Part shown: piece after piece, positions 1 through 10,445 of the stretch | Layout: every line of letters begins with the position of its first letter | Position numbering within the stretch: position 1 is the first letter of the stretch | Virus record (IMG/VR): IMGVR_UViG_2061766007_002077 | DNA length: 64,000 nt | Origin: an uncultured virus (IMG/VR IMGVR_UViG_2061766007_002077) | Lineage: Duplodnaviria; Heunggongvirae; Uroviricota; Caudoviricetes | Direction: 5' to 3' (one strand) | Notes under the pieces: generated by a model | The model's database searches: none | Told to the model about the DNA's origin: nothing | What the model saw: the letters and a program-made list of their open reading frames with translations, nothing else | Translations under genes and position numbers: made by a program

Positions 1-364
1 CTGTTGAAAGGACCCTGCATATAAGGGCTCTTATATCCGCAATGGTCAGCTTCCCTCTCCACCTCATAAGAAAGATTATTGAGATATCTGTCTATCATCT
101 TACCGTATCCGCCATCCTCCACGAACTGAACGACTTCCTCATCAGTAAGGTCATAATTCCCGTAATTATCTATTGTGTNNNNNNNNNNNNNNNNNNNNNN
201 NNNNNNNNNNNNNNNNNNNNNNNNNNNNNNNNNNNNNNNNNNNNNNNNNNATCCTGGATATAATCGAATATCACATCCTTGTAAGTCTCAAAATTACCTG
301 ATTTCACATCCACATCTTCATTCATCTTGATGAGGTTATTGTTCTTCCATGTCTTCTTATTCAT
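1..364 (-). CDS. Small acidic protein with shared WKxNN-LxE leader (runs off window start; interrupted by N gap)
   Basis: ATG at 364 gives MNKKTWKNNNLIKMNE; an open frame continues after the gap (TIDNYGNYDLTDEE...); ACTAATT box at 400-406 upstream. Confidence 0.6.
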
Positions 365-480
365 ACGGATATATTCCCTTTTGTTTTTGTTGTATAGGCA
401 ATTAGTTAAANNNNNNNNNNNNNNNNNNNNNNNNNNNNNNNNNNNNNNNNNNNNNNNNNNNNNNNNNNNNNNNNNNNNNN

Positions 481-2064
481 GCACCATACCTGCTGACTCA
501 GGCTCCTGTTTCTCAGGAATTGTTGTGATACTTGCTGAAGAAGTGATGATAAGGGATGCAACAGATGCCGCGTTCTGAAGAGCGAGTCTTGTGACCTTAA
601 CAGGGTCAACAACTCCAGCCTTCAACATATCNNNNNNNNNNNNNNNNNNNNNNNNNNNNNNNNNNNNNNNNNNNNNNNNNNNNNNNNNNNNNNNNNNNNN
701 NNNNNNNNNNNNNNNNNNNNNNNNNNNNNNNNNNNNNNNNNATAACCCTTGTCATAACCATCACCCTCTCCCTTAGGAGTCTCATGGGCTGACCTCTCCT
801 TAGAAATCTGACAGAGAGCTGTTCCACCACCAGGAATGATACCCTCGGAAATTGCAGCTCTTGTGGCGTTCAGAGCATCCTCAATTCTGAACTTCTTCTC
901 TTTGAGAGCTGTCTCTGATACATCACCGACCTTGATTACCGCAACACCACCAGCGAGTCTTGCGAGTCTCTCCTGAAGCTTCTCCTTATCATAATCAGAG
1001 GTAGCCTCATCAATCTGCTTCTGAATCAGCTTGACTCTAGCCTCGATATTCTTGGCCTCACCCTGACCACCGATGATTGTGGTGCTGTCCTTTGTGACCT
1101 TGACACTCACTGCCTGACCAAGGTCTGAAAGAGTGGATGTCTCAAGTCTGAGTCCGAAATCCTCTGTGATAAGCTGACCACCGGTGAGGATTGCGATATC
1201 CTGAATCATATCCTTCTTTCTGTCACCGAATCCAGGTGATTTAACGGCACAAACCTTGATTACTCCTCTGAGTGAGTTGACAATCAAGGCACTCAGAACC
1301 TCAGCTTCAATATCATCAGCGATGATAAGGAGAGGTCTTCCCTCTCTTGAGATAGCATCAAGGATAGGAAGGATTGTCTGGATATTTCCGATTGACTTGT
1401 CTGTGATAAGGATATAAGGATTGTTGTACTCTACGGTGAGATTATCTCTGTCCGTGGAGAAGTAAGGTGACATATAACCTCTGTCAAATGCCATACCCTC
1501 AACGAAATCCATATAGGTGGAACCTGTATTGGATTCTGCGGTTGTGACCACACCAGCTGTTCCGACCTTGGAGATTGCATCAGCGATAAGCTGACCAAGT
1601 TCCTTGTCATTGTTGGCTGAGATAGCTGCGACCTGTGCAATCTGCTCCTCGGTCTCAACTTCCTGTGTGATGCTCTTGAGGTCATCAACAACATCCTTGA
1701 CTGCGGCCTCGATTCCCCTCTTGACCTGAATCGGATTGACACCATTATCAACAACCTTCAGTCCCTCTGCAAGAATTGCATCTGCGATGACTGTTGCGGT
1801 TGATGTTCCGTCACCTGCATCCTGGTCAGTACTGGAACTGATATTCTTCATCAAAGAAGCACCAAGATTCTCAACTGGGTCAACGAGGTCAATATTCTTT
1901 GCGACCGTGACTCCATCCCTTGTCACAAGAGGACTATATCCTCCGTCAATGAGAACCGTTCTTCCCGCAGGTCCTAGCGTAGAACCAACGGCCTGGGCAA
2001 CCTTATGGGCTCCCCCATAAACAGCCTTTCTCATTTCATCTGAAAAAACAACATTCTTTGCCAT
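481..2064 (-). CDS. groEL: Chaperonin GroEL (C-terminus continues after the N gap; stop hidden in gap 411-480)
   Basis: MAK start, [45 protein letters not shown], and [17 protein letters not shown] in ORF 170..628. Confidence 0.97.
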
Positions 2065-2099
2065 TTAATCATTCTCCATTATTTTGCAAAATAATTTAT

Positions 2100-2660
2100 T
2101 CAATTCTGTTCAAGCCCTAAATAACGGGCACCACTTAAATTCATAACCTCGGCCTGGACATTCTTACTGAGAACACCCAAGTTATATTTGAAGGATTCAA
2201 GATTATCAAGCATTCTTCTACAGAAAGCGACTTTCTTCTCAGCCGCGTTCATCTCATCCCTCAATCTTCTGTATTCATCACGCCATCTTGAATCACTCTG
2301 TACAAGATACATCAGTTCCTGTGTTGACAACCATTTCTGTGCGGACAATGACTGGAGATTGTTTTCCCTTCTCACTTGTGAGTACTTCTCTGCTATGAAT
2401 TCATCGTAGGCGTTCTTGGCTTCCTGATAATCCGCCTTGGCCAACACATCAAGGGAAATCAAACTGCAATTCATGTCACCATAAGAACTGAGAGCAGAAT
2501 TAAGTTCAAAGAAAGTGGGCTGACCCTCAGTAAAGGTCATATACTTCCTTATTCTTGTTATTTGATTCTCCACATATTCCAGAAGTCTATCTTCCGCTGT
2601 GGTATTGGATACAGATACAGATGGTATCTGAGCAGTCTGAGATTGCACGCTTCTTACCAT
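2100..2660 (-). CDS. Helical protein, possibly UvsY-like recombination mediator
   Basis: Coiled-coil pattern ending ...EKKVAFCRRMLDNLESFKYNL resembles UvsY; RecA lies 2.7 kb away. Confidence 0.4.
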   Translation of the reverse strand: MVRSVQSQTAQIPSVSVSNTTAEDRLLEYVENQITRIRKYMTFTEGQPTFFELNSALSSYGDMNCSLISLDVLAKADYQEAKNAYDEFIAEKYSQVRRENNLQSLSAQKWLSTQELMYLVQSDSRWRDEYRRLRDEMNAAEKKVAFCRRMLDNLESFKYNLGVLSKNVQAEVMNLSGARYLGLEQN

Positions 2661-2722
2661 ACTTTTAATATAAAGTATTATTTACCAGTCTAGTGCTTCT
2701 CTTTTCAAAATAGAGGATTTTA

Positions 2723-3313
2723 CTAACTGNNNNNNNNNNNNNNNNNNNNNNNNNNNNNNNTCCAAGTCAATGCAGAATATCCGAATGTTCCAAGTATTTC
2801 CTTACACTGCAACACCATGACATAAGGATTGTTTATGTCCGGTGAGGAATCATAGAGGATTCTAACCAGTAAATCATCTTCATGTAAATCACAGAGAACA
2901 GGAGCATAGACCTCAAAGTATTCTTCCTGCTGTATCGGATACATTGAAGGAATAAGAATGTCCTTTCCTTCTCTTATAAGATGTCTGAGAGGGATATCCT
3001 CCATCTTTGGAAGAATGATTGGCATAATCTCTGTGGATTCAATTGTCCTTGAAATGAGGTCATGGGAACGTTCATCTCTCTGAACTGCTATTCTGAGCAT
3101 ATCTGTGGGATGAGCGGACAATCTGATATTGTTGTCAAGAACTCTCTTTCTGATATTGTCCATCTTTCTGCCTAAGCGGGCCTGAAAGTCTGTCCTTCTC
3201 ATTCTGCGGAGTTCATCATTACCCTCAACGAGATTATAATTATGAGTATTCTTATGTATGGCGGCTCTTATATCAGANNNNNNNNNNNNNNNACCCATCT
3301 GTATCTTAGCCAT
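2723..3313 (-). CDS. Hypothetical protein, probably virion-associated
   Basis: Intact ORF directly downstream of 3316..4002 in an ACTAATT-driven unit. Confidence 0.5.
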   Translation of the reverse strand: MAKIQMGXXXXXSDIRAAIHKNTHNYNLVEGNDELRRMRRTDFQARLGRKMDNIRKRVLDNNIRLSAHPTDMLRIAVQRDERSHDLISRTIESTEIMPIILPKMEDIPLRHLIREGKDILIPSMYPIQQEEYFEVYAPVLCDLHEDDLLVRILYDSSPDINNPYVMVLQCKEILGTFGYSALTWXXXXXXXXXXXS

Positions 3314-3315
3314 TC

Positions 3316-4002
3316 TTAATCCTCAAACATATGGTCTATAGCCGAATTACTGACTCTATTTAAAGTATCTATATTATCTTCTTCTACATGAGGATTATCA
3401 TAGTCCTCTTCATTATTAATACGGATACCATATCTTTCAAGGGATTTGCTGTAATTATCAAGGGCCTCAGTAATAACCTTGTTTTGAATAGGATTACCAC
3501 TGTCCTTATTAAAGTCCGTATCTATAGTAATACCCATATCAGCAGATATCTGTATTGTGATAACATTAGCCCATGAAAGAGTAAGACCTTCCTTATTCAG
3601 AGTTATAGGAACATCAAACGGAAAACAACTGACTAACAATCCGTCTGTATCTCTATATATTATTGCATAGTAAGCTGTGTTATCCCCACTCAAGGAAAGA
3701 TAATCATTGAATATGACATCACCGCAGGAATATTTCTTATATATATCTGTGGAACTTTCCAGCAATGTGAATGTAACAGGAATTCCTCCCTTCTTATACC
3801 CCTTATAAGGATTATCTGAAACAGAGGGGTCATCATCCTCACACTCGAATCCTGCAAAGCTCAGTGCATCATATGTTATTACTCCGTTTACACTTGGAGT
3901 ATAAGTTCCTTTGAAAAGAGCCAACTTATAAGAACCTTTTGTAAGGTCAACATCTTGGCTAAAATACTTTTGAAGAAAATAGTTATAGATAATGTTAGTC
4001 AT
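3316..4002 (-). CDS. Putative virion structural (tail-associated) protein
   Basis: MTNIIYNY...DLTKGSYKLALFKGTYTP...GY..GG.PVT...AYYAIIY pattern typical of phage structural proteins; ACTAATT 5 nt upstream. Confidence 0.5.
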   Translation of the reverse strand: MTNIIYNYFLQKYFSQDVDLTKGSYKLALFKGTYTPSVNGVITYDALSFAGFECEDDDPSVSDNPYKGYKKGGIPVTFTLLESSTDIYKKYSCGDVIFNDYLSLSGDNTAYYAIIYRDTDGLLVSCFPFDVPITLNKEGLTLSWANVITIQISADMGITIDTDFNKDSGNPIQNKVITEALDNYSKSLERYGIRINNEEDYDNPHVEEDNIDTLNRVSNSAIDHMFED

Positions 4003-4067
4003 AGTTAAATTAGTCATTTTTACATTTATATTAGATATGAAATGATATTTTATCATCTGGAGAATGT

Positions 4068-5309
4068 ATGGACATAACAAGTCAGTATAGTATCAAGTAC
4101 AGACCTAAGACTTGGGACGAAGTGAAAGGTCAAGATGCTACGGTAAAAGCACTTAGAAAAAGAATAATTGATAAGAACTATGGTAAGGCGATTCTTCTTG
4201 AAGGACCATTCGGTTGTGGAAAGACAACCTTGGCTCAGATTTATGCCGCCGCCATCATGGCTCACGATAAGGACGGAAATCCGGATTGGAACAATCCTGA
4301 ATGTAAGACAATCCTTGACGAGACATTCACTGGAAGCGTAATCAGACTTGATGGTGGAATGTTCTCCGGTAAGTCCGATATGGTGGAACTTCTTGCTGAC
4401 CTCAACAAGAAACCACTTTATACAAAGGATAGGGTAATCATTATTGAGGAGGCTGACCAGCTCACAGGTCAATCTGTAAACGCCCTTCTCAAAACATTGG
4501 AAGACCCTTGCACATGGAATCACTTTATTCTTCTGTCAATGATGGACAAGAAGGGTATTCCAGCCGCAATAAAATCAAGATGTCAGACCTATAAAATCAA
4601 ATCACTTGATGTAATGCCCATCATGATGGGTCTGAAAGATATCCTTGAGAAAGAAGGTCTTTGGGGTAATGAAAAGATTCCTCAGTCTTTCTTCCTTGAG
4701 GGATTAAAGACAATTGCAGATGCTTCCCTCGGTTCAATGAGAAGTGCCGTCCAGTATCTTGAAAAATGTCTGATGAATGAAGCTTGGACTTCAAAGGAAA
4801 TCACAGACCTTCTCCAAGTCCTTGATGATGCGGCACTTTGGCAGGTTCTTGACGGACTCCTTGCCAAAACAAAGGATGAAACAATCCTCAGAAAACTCAT
4901 ATGGCTCAAGACAGGAGAGGAAGTTGACCACTTCCTTAACTATTCCTATGTGATGTTGTCAGAGGCCATGATTTACAGAGTGACCCAAGTGGCCTGCGAT
5001 GACCAGCACGAAGGGAGATTAAAGGCGATGGCTTCATGTCCTAATCTTGAGGATTTATTCTATTGTCTCACACTTCACCCGCAGCTCTGTAAGGCCTTTG
5101 TAAGGACATCTGACTTGCTGGGTGCAATCTCCTGTTACTATCAAGGAGTTAATTTCAGACCTGGAAGTGCAATCACTGCAATAAGACAACCTGAAAAAGT
5201 TGAACTTGGAATAAAGGATTATGTAAATAGGGATTGGCCTAACAATTCAACAGACCCATCACTTACTACAGCTCCACAACCAGCTGTAAGAAGAAGAGCA
5301 GTTAATTAA
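4068..5309 (+). CDS. dnaX: Clamp loader / DNA polymerase III gamma-tau-like AAA+ ATPase
   Basis: KYRPKTWDEVKGQ, Walker A GPFGCGKTT, IIEEADQL, NALLKTLEDP, IKSRC. Confidence 0.9.
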   Translation: MDITSQYSIKYRPKTWDEVKGQDATVKALRKRIIDKNYGKAILLEGPFGCGKTTLAQIYAAAIMAHDKDGNPDWNNPECKTILDETFTGSVIRLDGGMFSGKSDMVELLADLNKKPLYTKDRVIIIEEADQLTGQSVNALLKTLEDPCTWNHFILLSMMDKKGIPAAIKSRCQTYKIKSLDVMPIMMGLKDILEKEGLWGNEKIPQSFFLEGLKTIADASLGSMRSAVQYLEKCLMNEAWTSKEITDLLQVLDDAALWQVLDGLLAKTKDETILRKLIWLKTGEEVDHFLNYSYVMLSEAMIYRVTQVACDDQHEGRLKAMASCPNLEDLFYCLTLHPQLCKAFVRTSDLLGAISCYYQGVNFRPGSAITAIRQPEKVELGIKDYVNRDWPNNSTDPSLTTAPQPAVRRRAVN

Positions 5310-5328
5310 ATAAAAAAGGAATTATATA

Positions 5329-6403
5329 ATGGGTAAATTAGACAAGATTTTTGAGAAAATCGGTAAAGATTACAAAATCACAATCAAGAGTGCAAGAGAN
5401 NNNNNNNNNNNNNNNNNNNNNNNNNNNNNNNNNNAACTATGCTTTCGGTGGTGGTGAGCCCCTGGGAAGAATCCTCTTTCTGCAGGGTCCTGAGAGTGGT
5501 GGTAAAACAACTCTTGCCACATATCTGTGTATGCAGACACAGAAGGCAGGAAAGGCGGCCATCTTCCTTGATTATGAGCACACCTTTGACACCTCCCATG
5601 CTGAGGAGATGGGACTTAATGTAGATGAGGGATTCCAGATACTCAGACCTCTCAACGCAGAGGACGGATTCAACATCATCAGAGATTTGGCTGAGTCAGG
5701 TGAGGTGGGAATCATAGTGATTGATTCAATCACATCAATGGCCTCAAAGGCAGCAGTTGAGGATGCTTTCTCAGGATTCTCTGGTGGTAAGACTGCTGCT
5801 GTGATTGCTGCTGGACTGAGAATGGTCATTCCATATCTCTACAACAACAAATGCACCCTTGTCATTCTCTCACAGGAAAGAGTGAATATGGGAGCCACCT
5901 ATGGACCTGACTTCAAGCCTACAGGTGGTAGAGCACCTGCCTTCTATTCCTCATGGTCTGCAAGAGTCACAAGAACAGGTGATATCCTTGACCCCAAGAC
6001 AAAGGAACTTATCGGACTTGATATCCGTGTAAGGAACACCAAGAACAAGGTAGGTATCGCCAAGAGAGATGCAAATCTCAAGCTCTACTTCAAGGGTGGA
6101 ATCAGCTCTGATGATGAGTATATCGACTACCTCAAGGTTCTTGGACTCATCACACAGAAAGGTGCCTACTATTCCAATGATACTTGGGTGAATGATACCA
6201 CAGGTGAGGTCGGAATGAAGGTCTGTGGACTTGAAGCAGTCAAGACATGGCTTCACGATAATCCTGAGATGTATGCTGAGGTCAAGAGACAAGTTAACTC
6301 AATCATTCAGGGACACAATGTCCTTGATACCGGAGAGCAGGAACTTTCTGATGAGGAGCTGTCATCTGGTGCTTGGGATGAGGTCGAGAATCCTGAGGAA
6401 TAA
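5329..6403 (+). CDS. recA: RecA/UvsX recombinase (true start MGKLDKIF at 5329; frame shifts across N gap)
   Basis: GPESGGKTT, FLDYEH, IVIDSI, PTGGRAPAFYSS, KNKVG, KGAYYS. Confidence 0.93.
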
Positions 6404-6422
6404 ATCAAACTCCTTATAAAAA

Positions 6423-6450
6423 ATACCCTCCTTAATCGGAGGGTTTTTTA
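6423..6450. terminator. Bidirectional intrinsic terminator
   Basis: ACCCTCC-ttaatc-GGAGGGT hairpin flanked by A and T runs between convergent genes. Confidence 0.75.
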
Positions 6451-6752
6451 TTCACCTTATCGTGCTTCTCACATATCTTCTTCAATCTGTCCAGTATTCC
6501 TGGGTCATTGTTATAATGTGACAGAAGCCAATGAAGGAACTCATGAGTCTGTCTGTTGAGACACATGAAGTTATCCTCATTTGTTATGTTCATGTAATGG
6601 GATTCATTCATATCAACGTGATGAAGGCTCCAACCAGTAGACAAAAGGTCACCGGTAATTTCATCACATATTCTTTCAGTTTTGAGCCTGTTCCTCAGTC
6701 TTTTCCATTTATAAGACTGCCTGAACTTTGTCTTTTTCTGTTGAATCGTCAT
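6432..6752 (-). CDS. Small HNH-type endonuclease
   Basis: FRQSYKWKRLR...LHHVD...NFMCLNRQTHEFLH. Confidence 0.7.
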   Translation of the reverse strand: MTIQQKKTKFRQSYKWKRLRNRLKTERICDEITGDLLSTGWSLHHVDMNESHYMNITNEDNFMCLNRQTHEFLHWLLSHYNNDPGILDRLKKICEKHDKVNKKPSD

Positions 6753-6835
6753 TCATAAAATTAGTAATATCACCATACATAAAAAGATACACTAATTATA
6801 GAAAGTACTTTAATATTAAAGGAGTTTAAACTACT

Positions 6836-7090
6836 ATGGTAAGTACATCAAGTTTTTTAAGATTAGAGCTTAAGGCTGATGATATGGCTGAGTTCCTTGC
6901 AAAGAAGGAAGAGCTCCTTGCTGACGGATTCCAGGAAGCTGATAAGCCAGTTTGTGCAACTGGTATCATCNNNNNNNNNNNNNNNNNNNNNNNNNNNNNN
7001 NNNNNNNNNNNNNNNNNNNNNNNNNNNNNNNNNNNNNNNNNNNNNNNNNNNNNNNNNNNNNCTGAGCCAGAGCCTGAGCCAGAGCCGTAA
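6836..7090 (+). CDS. Small protein with EPEPEP tail, paralog of next gene
   Basis: GGAG RBS and ACTAATT at 6791; ADDMAEFLAKKEELLADGF aligns with ADNVDELNTKAEELAEDGF. Confidence 0.65.
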   Translation: MVSTSSFLRLELKADDMAEFLAKKEELLADGFQEADKPVCATGIIXXXXXXXXXXXXXXXXXXXXXXXXXXXXXXXEPEPEPEP

Positions 7091-7154
7091 TCAACCCAAA
7101 ATCTTAACACACTATGAGGAGGCTCAGGCCTCCTCATCTTTTAAGGAGAAGTAA

Positions 7155-7403
7155 ATGACACAGGTTTATACATACCCCGAAAGAAAGGAAATTTTCGCTG
7201 ACAATGTTGATGAACTCAACACAAAGGCAGAGGAACTTGCCGAAGATGGTTTCGCACCCCTTACAAAAATCTGTAAGGCAATGGGAACATACAGACAGAC
7301 TTTCTTTAAGCAGGCTGCTACTGACCAGGCTCAGTTCCCTTGTGTGGAACCTGAAGAAGAGGAAGAAGCAAAAGAAGGACAGAACGAGCCCGAAAATCCT
7401 TAA
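7155..7403 (+). CDS. Small acidic-tailed protein, paralog of 6836..7090
   Basis: AAGGAG RBS; shared motif; followed by terminator at about 7427-7455. Confidence 0.65.
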   Translation: MTQVYTYPERKEIFADNVDELNTKAEELAEDGFAPLTKICKAMGTYRQTFFKQAATDQAQFPCVEPEEEEEAKEGQNEPENP

Positions 7404-7456
7404 TCCTTCATCATTAGAAAAAATTAAACCCCTCATTTTGAGGGGTATTTTTTTTA

Positions 7457-8123
7457 TTATAATCCTTCTTTCTGTATGACTTGATTGGCTATTGAAGCCA
7501 TTTGTGGTAAGAAGAAACCAATTTGGTCCAACAGACCTTTAAGATGCTTACACAAAAAGTTATAATCTCCGTGAACCTTGTTCCATTTCTTCGGTGCAAT
7601 GTTTGTCGGATAAATTGAAGCATCAACTTGACTCAATGTGTAATTTGCAGTCTGATACTGAAAACTGGGGTCATCACAGAACAACTGGACATAAGCTGAA
7701 TTAAGGACATCAAGTATTTCCTTTTCGGTAATAGGAGACTCACTCAGGCTATCTGGCCTTGTTCCTCTCAGCCATTCCATGAAGTTCAGAACCTTGACAT
7801 ACATATGATACTTTCTGTCAGGATTAGGAATAAGATTGAAATTGTTGAAAGGGTCTGTTCTCTTGAACTCACTTCCAGCAGGATGTGCCTTGATTGTGGC
7901 GGTGGNNNNNNNNNNNNNNNNNNNNNNNNNNNNAAGAGCCTTTGACTATTCTGGCAGTAACATTCTCACCTTTATACAGAGAAGTCCTTATAGCCCTTTT
8001 TCTCTTTGTAAAATCAGATGTGGCATCCTTTGTATTGAGGTCTGCTATTGTCATCCACTCATAGAGTCTTTTGGAATCAGAGGATTTCTTTTCATATATA
8101 CGCTTGAATTGTAAGAATGTCAT
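7457..8123 (-). CDS. Conserved jumbo-phage-type protein with SWIM-like metal-binding motif (one gene across N gap)
   Basis: The frame TATIKAHP...KYHMYVKV joins ORFs 7869..8123 and 7457..7804; VQLFCDDPSFQY...FLCKHL. Confidence 0.55.
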
Positions 8124-8270
8124 ACCATAAGAATTAGTGATAATTTACTCTATCTCTTGAAAATTTTATTTGAAAATACTTTATTTTCAACTAATTATTA
8201 TTAGTCCATATTATNNNNNNNNNNNNNNNNNNNNNNNATCGACCCAAGTTGGTCATAAGGAGAATTAAAC

Positions 8271-9593
8271 ATGGCAAACGAACTTGACAGCATGTTTGAG
8301 GCTTACGCAAAGAAGGCGGAAGCAGAGAAGTCAAATAAGAAGTCCGGTACTTCTTTCACAAAGAACTATGAGGAAATTGAGTATACAGGTCTTGAACCTA
8401 ATGTTCCCAAAGTTCTCAGATTCGTAGGTCCCCTGTACGGAACAGGTATCGACCAGTACACAGCCCGTAATGTTACCATCGCTAAGATTGTTGATGATGA
8501 GGGCAAGAAATTCAGAGTAATCAGACCCTCCTATGAGCAGGACCCTGATTTCATTCTCAACAAAATCATTTCCAAAGTAAAGCAGGCCAAGTGGGTAAAC
8601 AAGGAGAAGACTTTCCCCATCAAGGACAAGTATCCTGAGATTTACAACATCGTTGACAAGAATGGCTTGCAGAAAACAGACCCCCAGTACAATTATGACA
8701 AAGGNNNNNNNNNNNNNNNNNTAATTGACAGAGAGAAGATGGATTGGCACAGAGAGCATAAGCACACCATGCTTCTCGCCAAGTCCGTTAATGTCGATAA
8801 GAACGGAAACAAGTGGCCTGAGGAAGGTATCTCATGGTATTCAGTTGAGAATGAGTTCCCTCAGCTTTTCAAGTATTACAAGTCATGGGAGAACTATGAT
8901 GTTGCAATCACAAGAACAGGAAACAAGGAGAGGGCATATATCATTGATAATGCCACCAAGAATCCTGAGAGAGTTGAAGGCCCTGCCGCTCAGTACATCA
9001 GCATGACAGACCACCTCACAGACGAGGAGAAGTCTTGGGAGAGATATGACCTTGACAAGTTGTTCAGAGTCACAACTGCAACCAAGATTTACAACAGACT
9101 CAAGAGAACCATCGCAAGAATTGATGCGGCTCTTGGAACTGACTTTGGTACAGAACTCAAAGCCCTTGTCGATGAGGAAAAGGTGAAGTTCGATGAGATG
9201 TATAACAGAGAGAACGCAACTGAGGATGTTGAGACCTCTGATACTGCAAGTGATTTTGAGGATACTGATATTCCCAGCTTCACAAGTATCTCAGAGCCTG
9301 TACAGGAAACAGCAGCCCCGAGGGCAGCTGCAAGGAGAACCCCTGCAACTCAGTCAAAGCAGGCTTGGGAGTCACTTCCCCATCCTGAAAAGATTTCTGA
9401 TGCACTCAAGAAAGAAATCACTTCGGTTGAAAAGGGTACTTATGATGGTACAGAGCCCGTCACCAATCCGGAACTCTTCTATAAGATTGGATGGACTTTC
9501 CCGATTTCCAACTTGGCAACCTGCCCCACCTGCGGCTCATTGAGTCCCCTTGAGGCAACAGATTGTCCTGTTTGCGGAGCTCATTTCATCTGA
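8271..9593 (+). CDS. Single-stranded DNA-binding protein (gp32-like) with C-terminal CxxC-CxxC zinc ribbon
   Basis: KVLRFVG, YDVAITRTG, YDLDKLF, acidic linker, CPTC...CPVC; strong RBS. Confidence 0.55.
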   Translation: MANELDSMFEAYAKKAEAEKSNKKSGTSFTKNYEEIEYTGLEPNVPKVLRFVGPLYGTGIDQYTARNVTIAKIVDDEGKKFRVIRPSYEQDPDFILNKIISKVKQAKWVNKEKTFPIKDKYPEIYNIVDKNGLQKTDPQYNYDKXXXXXXXIDREKMDWHREHKHTMLLAKSVNVDKNGNKWPEEGISWYSVENEFPQLFKYYKSWENYDVAITRTGNKERAYIIDNATKNPERVEGPAAQYISMTDHLTDEEKSWERYDLDKLFRVTTATKIYNRLKRTIARIDAALGTDFGTELKALVDEEKVKFDEMYNRENATEDVETSDTASDFEDTDIPSFTSISEPVQETAAPRAAARRTPATQSKQAWESLPHPEKISDALKKEITSVEKGTYDGTEPVTNPELFYKIGWTFPISNLATCPTCGSLSPLEATDCPVCGAHFI

Positions 9594-9774
9594 TAGATGT
9601 CTATACCTCCCTTCAAATTGTTGGGTCTTGAAAGAGACCCAACTTTTTTTTTGCTTTTTTCTTTCACAAGGGGGTTGACTAGTTCTGTGAGATNNNNNNN
9701 NNNNNNNNNNNNNNNNNNNNNNNNNNNNNNNNNNNNNNNNNNNNNNNNNNNNNNNNNNNNNNNNNNNNNNNNNN

Positions 9775-9993
9775 CATGACCCCAATATCAAAAGAGTTAC
9801 CATTAAGGTGATTACAGGTGATGAGGTTGCTATTGTTGATTACACCAACGGAGCAAGGTCTGTCTATGACTCCTCAGATTGCAGAAAGTATGATTTCTAT
9901 GATGCTGAGTATGTTATTCTTGACAGAGAGAAAGATATATACCTGATTGATGAGTTCAGAGGAAGATATAATTCCTATGATATTCCCTATTGA
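9775..9993 (+). CDS. Small early hypothetical protein (start in gap)
   Basis: Open frame after gap; TTGACT at 9675 upstream. Confidence 0.45.
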   Translation, partial: HDPNIKRVTIKVITGDEVAIVDYTNGARSVYDSSDCRKYDFYDAEYVILDREKDIYLIDEFRGRYNSYDIPY

Positions 9994-10031
9994 CAAAATC
10001 CTCAGGATATGTTAACATAATAATGTAAGGA
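9990..10031 (+). promoter_or_regulatory. Sigma70-type early promoter with fused RBS
   Basis: TTGACA-17-TAACAT followed by TGTAAGGAG; same layout at 35901, 36400, 36928, 38535, 60106, 60181. Confidence 0.75.
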
Positions 10032-10041
10032 GATAAGAGAT

Positions 10042-10365
10042 ATGGCAATCACAAGAGAAGGAAGATTTGTTTTCGATTATGACAGAGTTGACGCAGTTAT
10101 CTATGACCTTCTTGAGGTCCCAATCGACAGATTCACGGTCTCAAAGAACAGCATGGACAAGATTAGGACACTTCTTGACCTTGATAACATCGAGGACGAG
10201 GAAGGTCTGAGGGCTGTCAGAAATGCAGTTGTCAGAAGACTCGGAGAGATGCAGGATGAAATCGGTGAGGATAATTTTAATGACCTCTGGCATCTCCAGA
10301 CACAGATTTCCGGAATCACCGCAGTGATTGACAATGAGCTCTGGAAGAGGGGTTACCCCGTTTAA
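10042..10365 (+). CDS. Early hypothetical protein
   Basis: Own promoter and RBS; terminator at 10401-10430. Confidence 0.75.
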   Translation: MAITREGRFVFDYDRVDAVIYDLLEVPIDRFTVSKNSMDKIRTLLDLDNIEDEEGLRAVRNAVVRRLGEMQDEIGEDNFNDLWHLQTQISGITAVIDNELWKRGYPV

Positions 10366-10445
10366 TCAGCCTCCGTTTTTTCATCTTTTTCATAAATATA
10401 AAAGGAGACCACTGAGGTCTCCTTTCCTTTTACTGATTGACCTAA

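Noticed and set aside
5399..5434. Apparent frameshifts or pseudogenes in recA, groEL, metK, MTases, portal, neck and others
   Set aside because: Every frame change I checked coincides with an N gap of uncertain length, so these are assembly artefacts rather than biology
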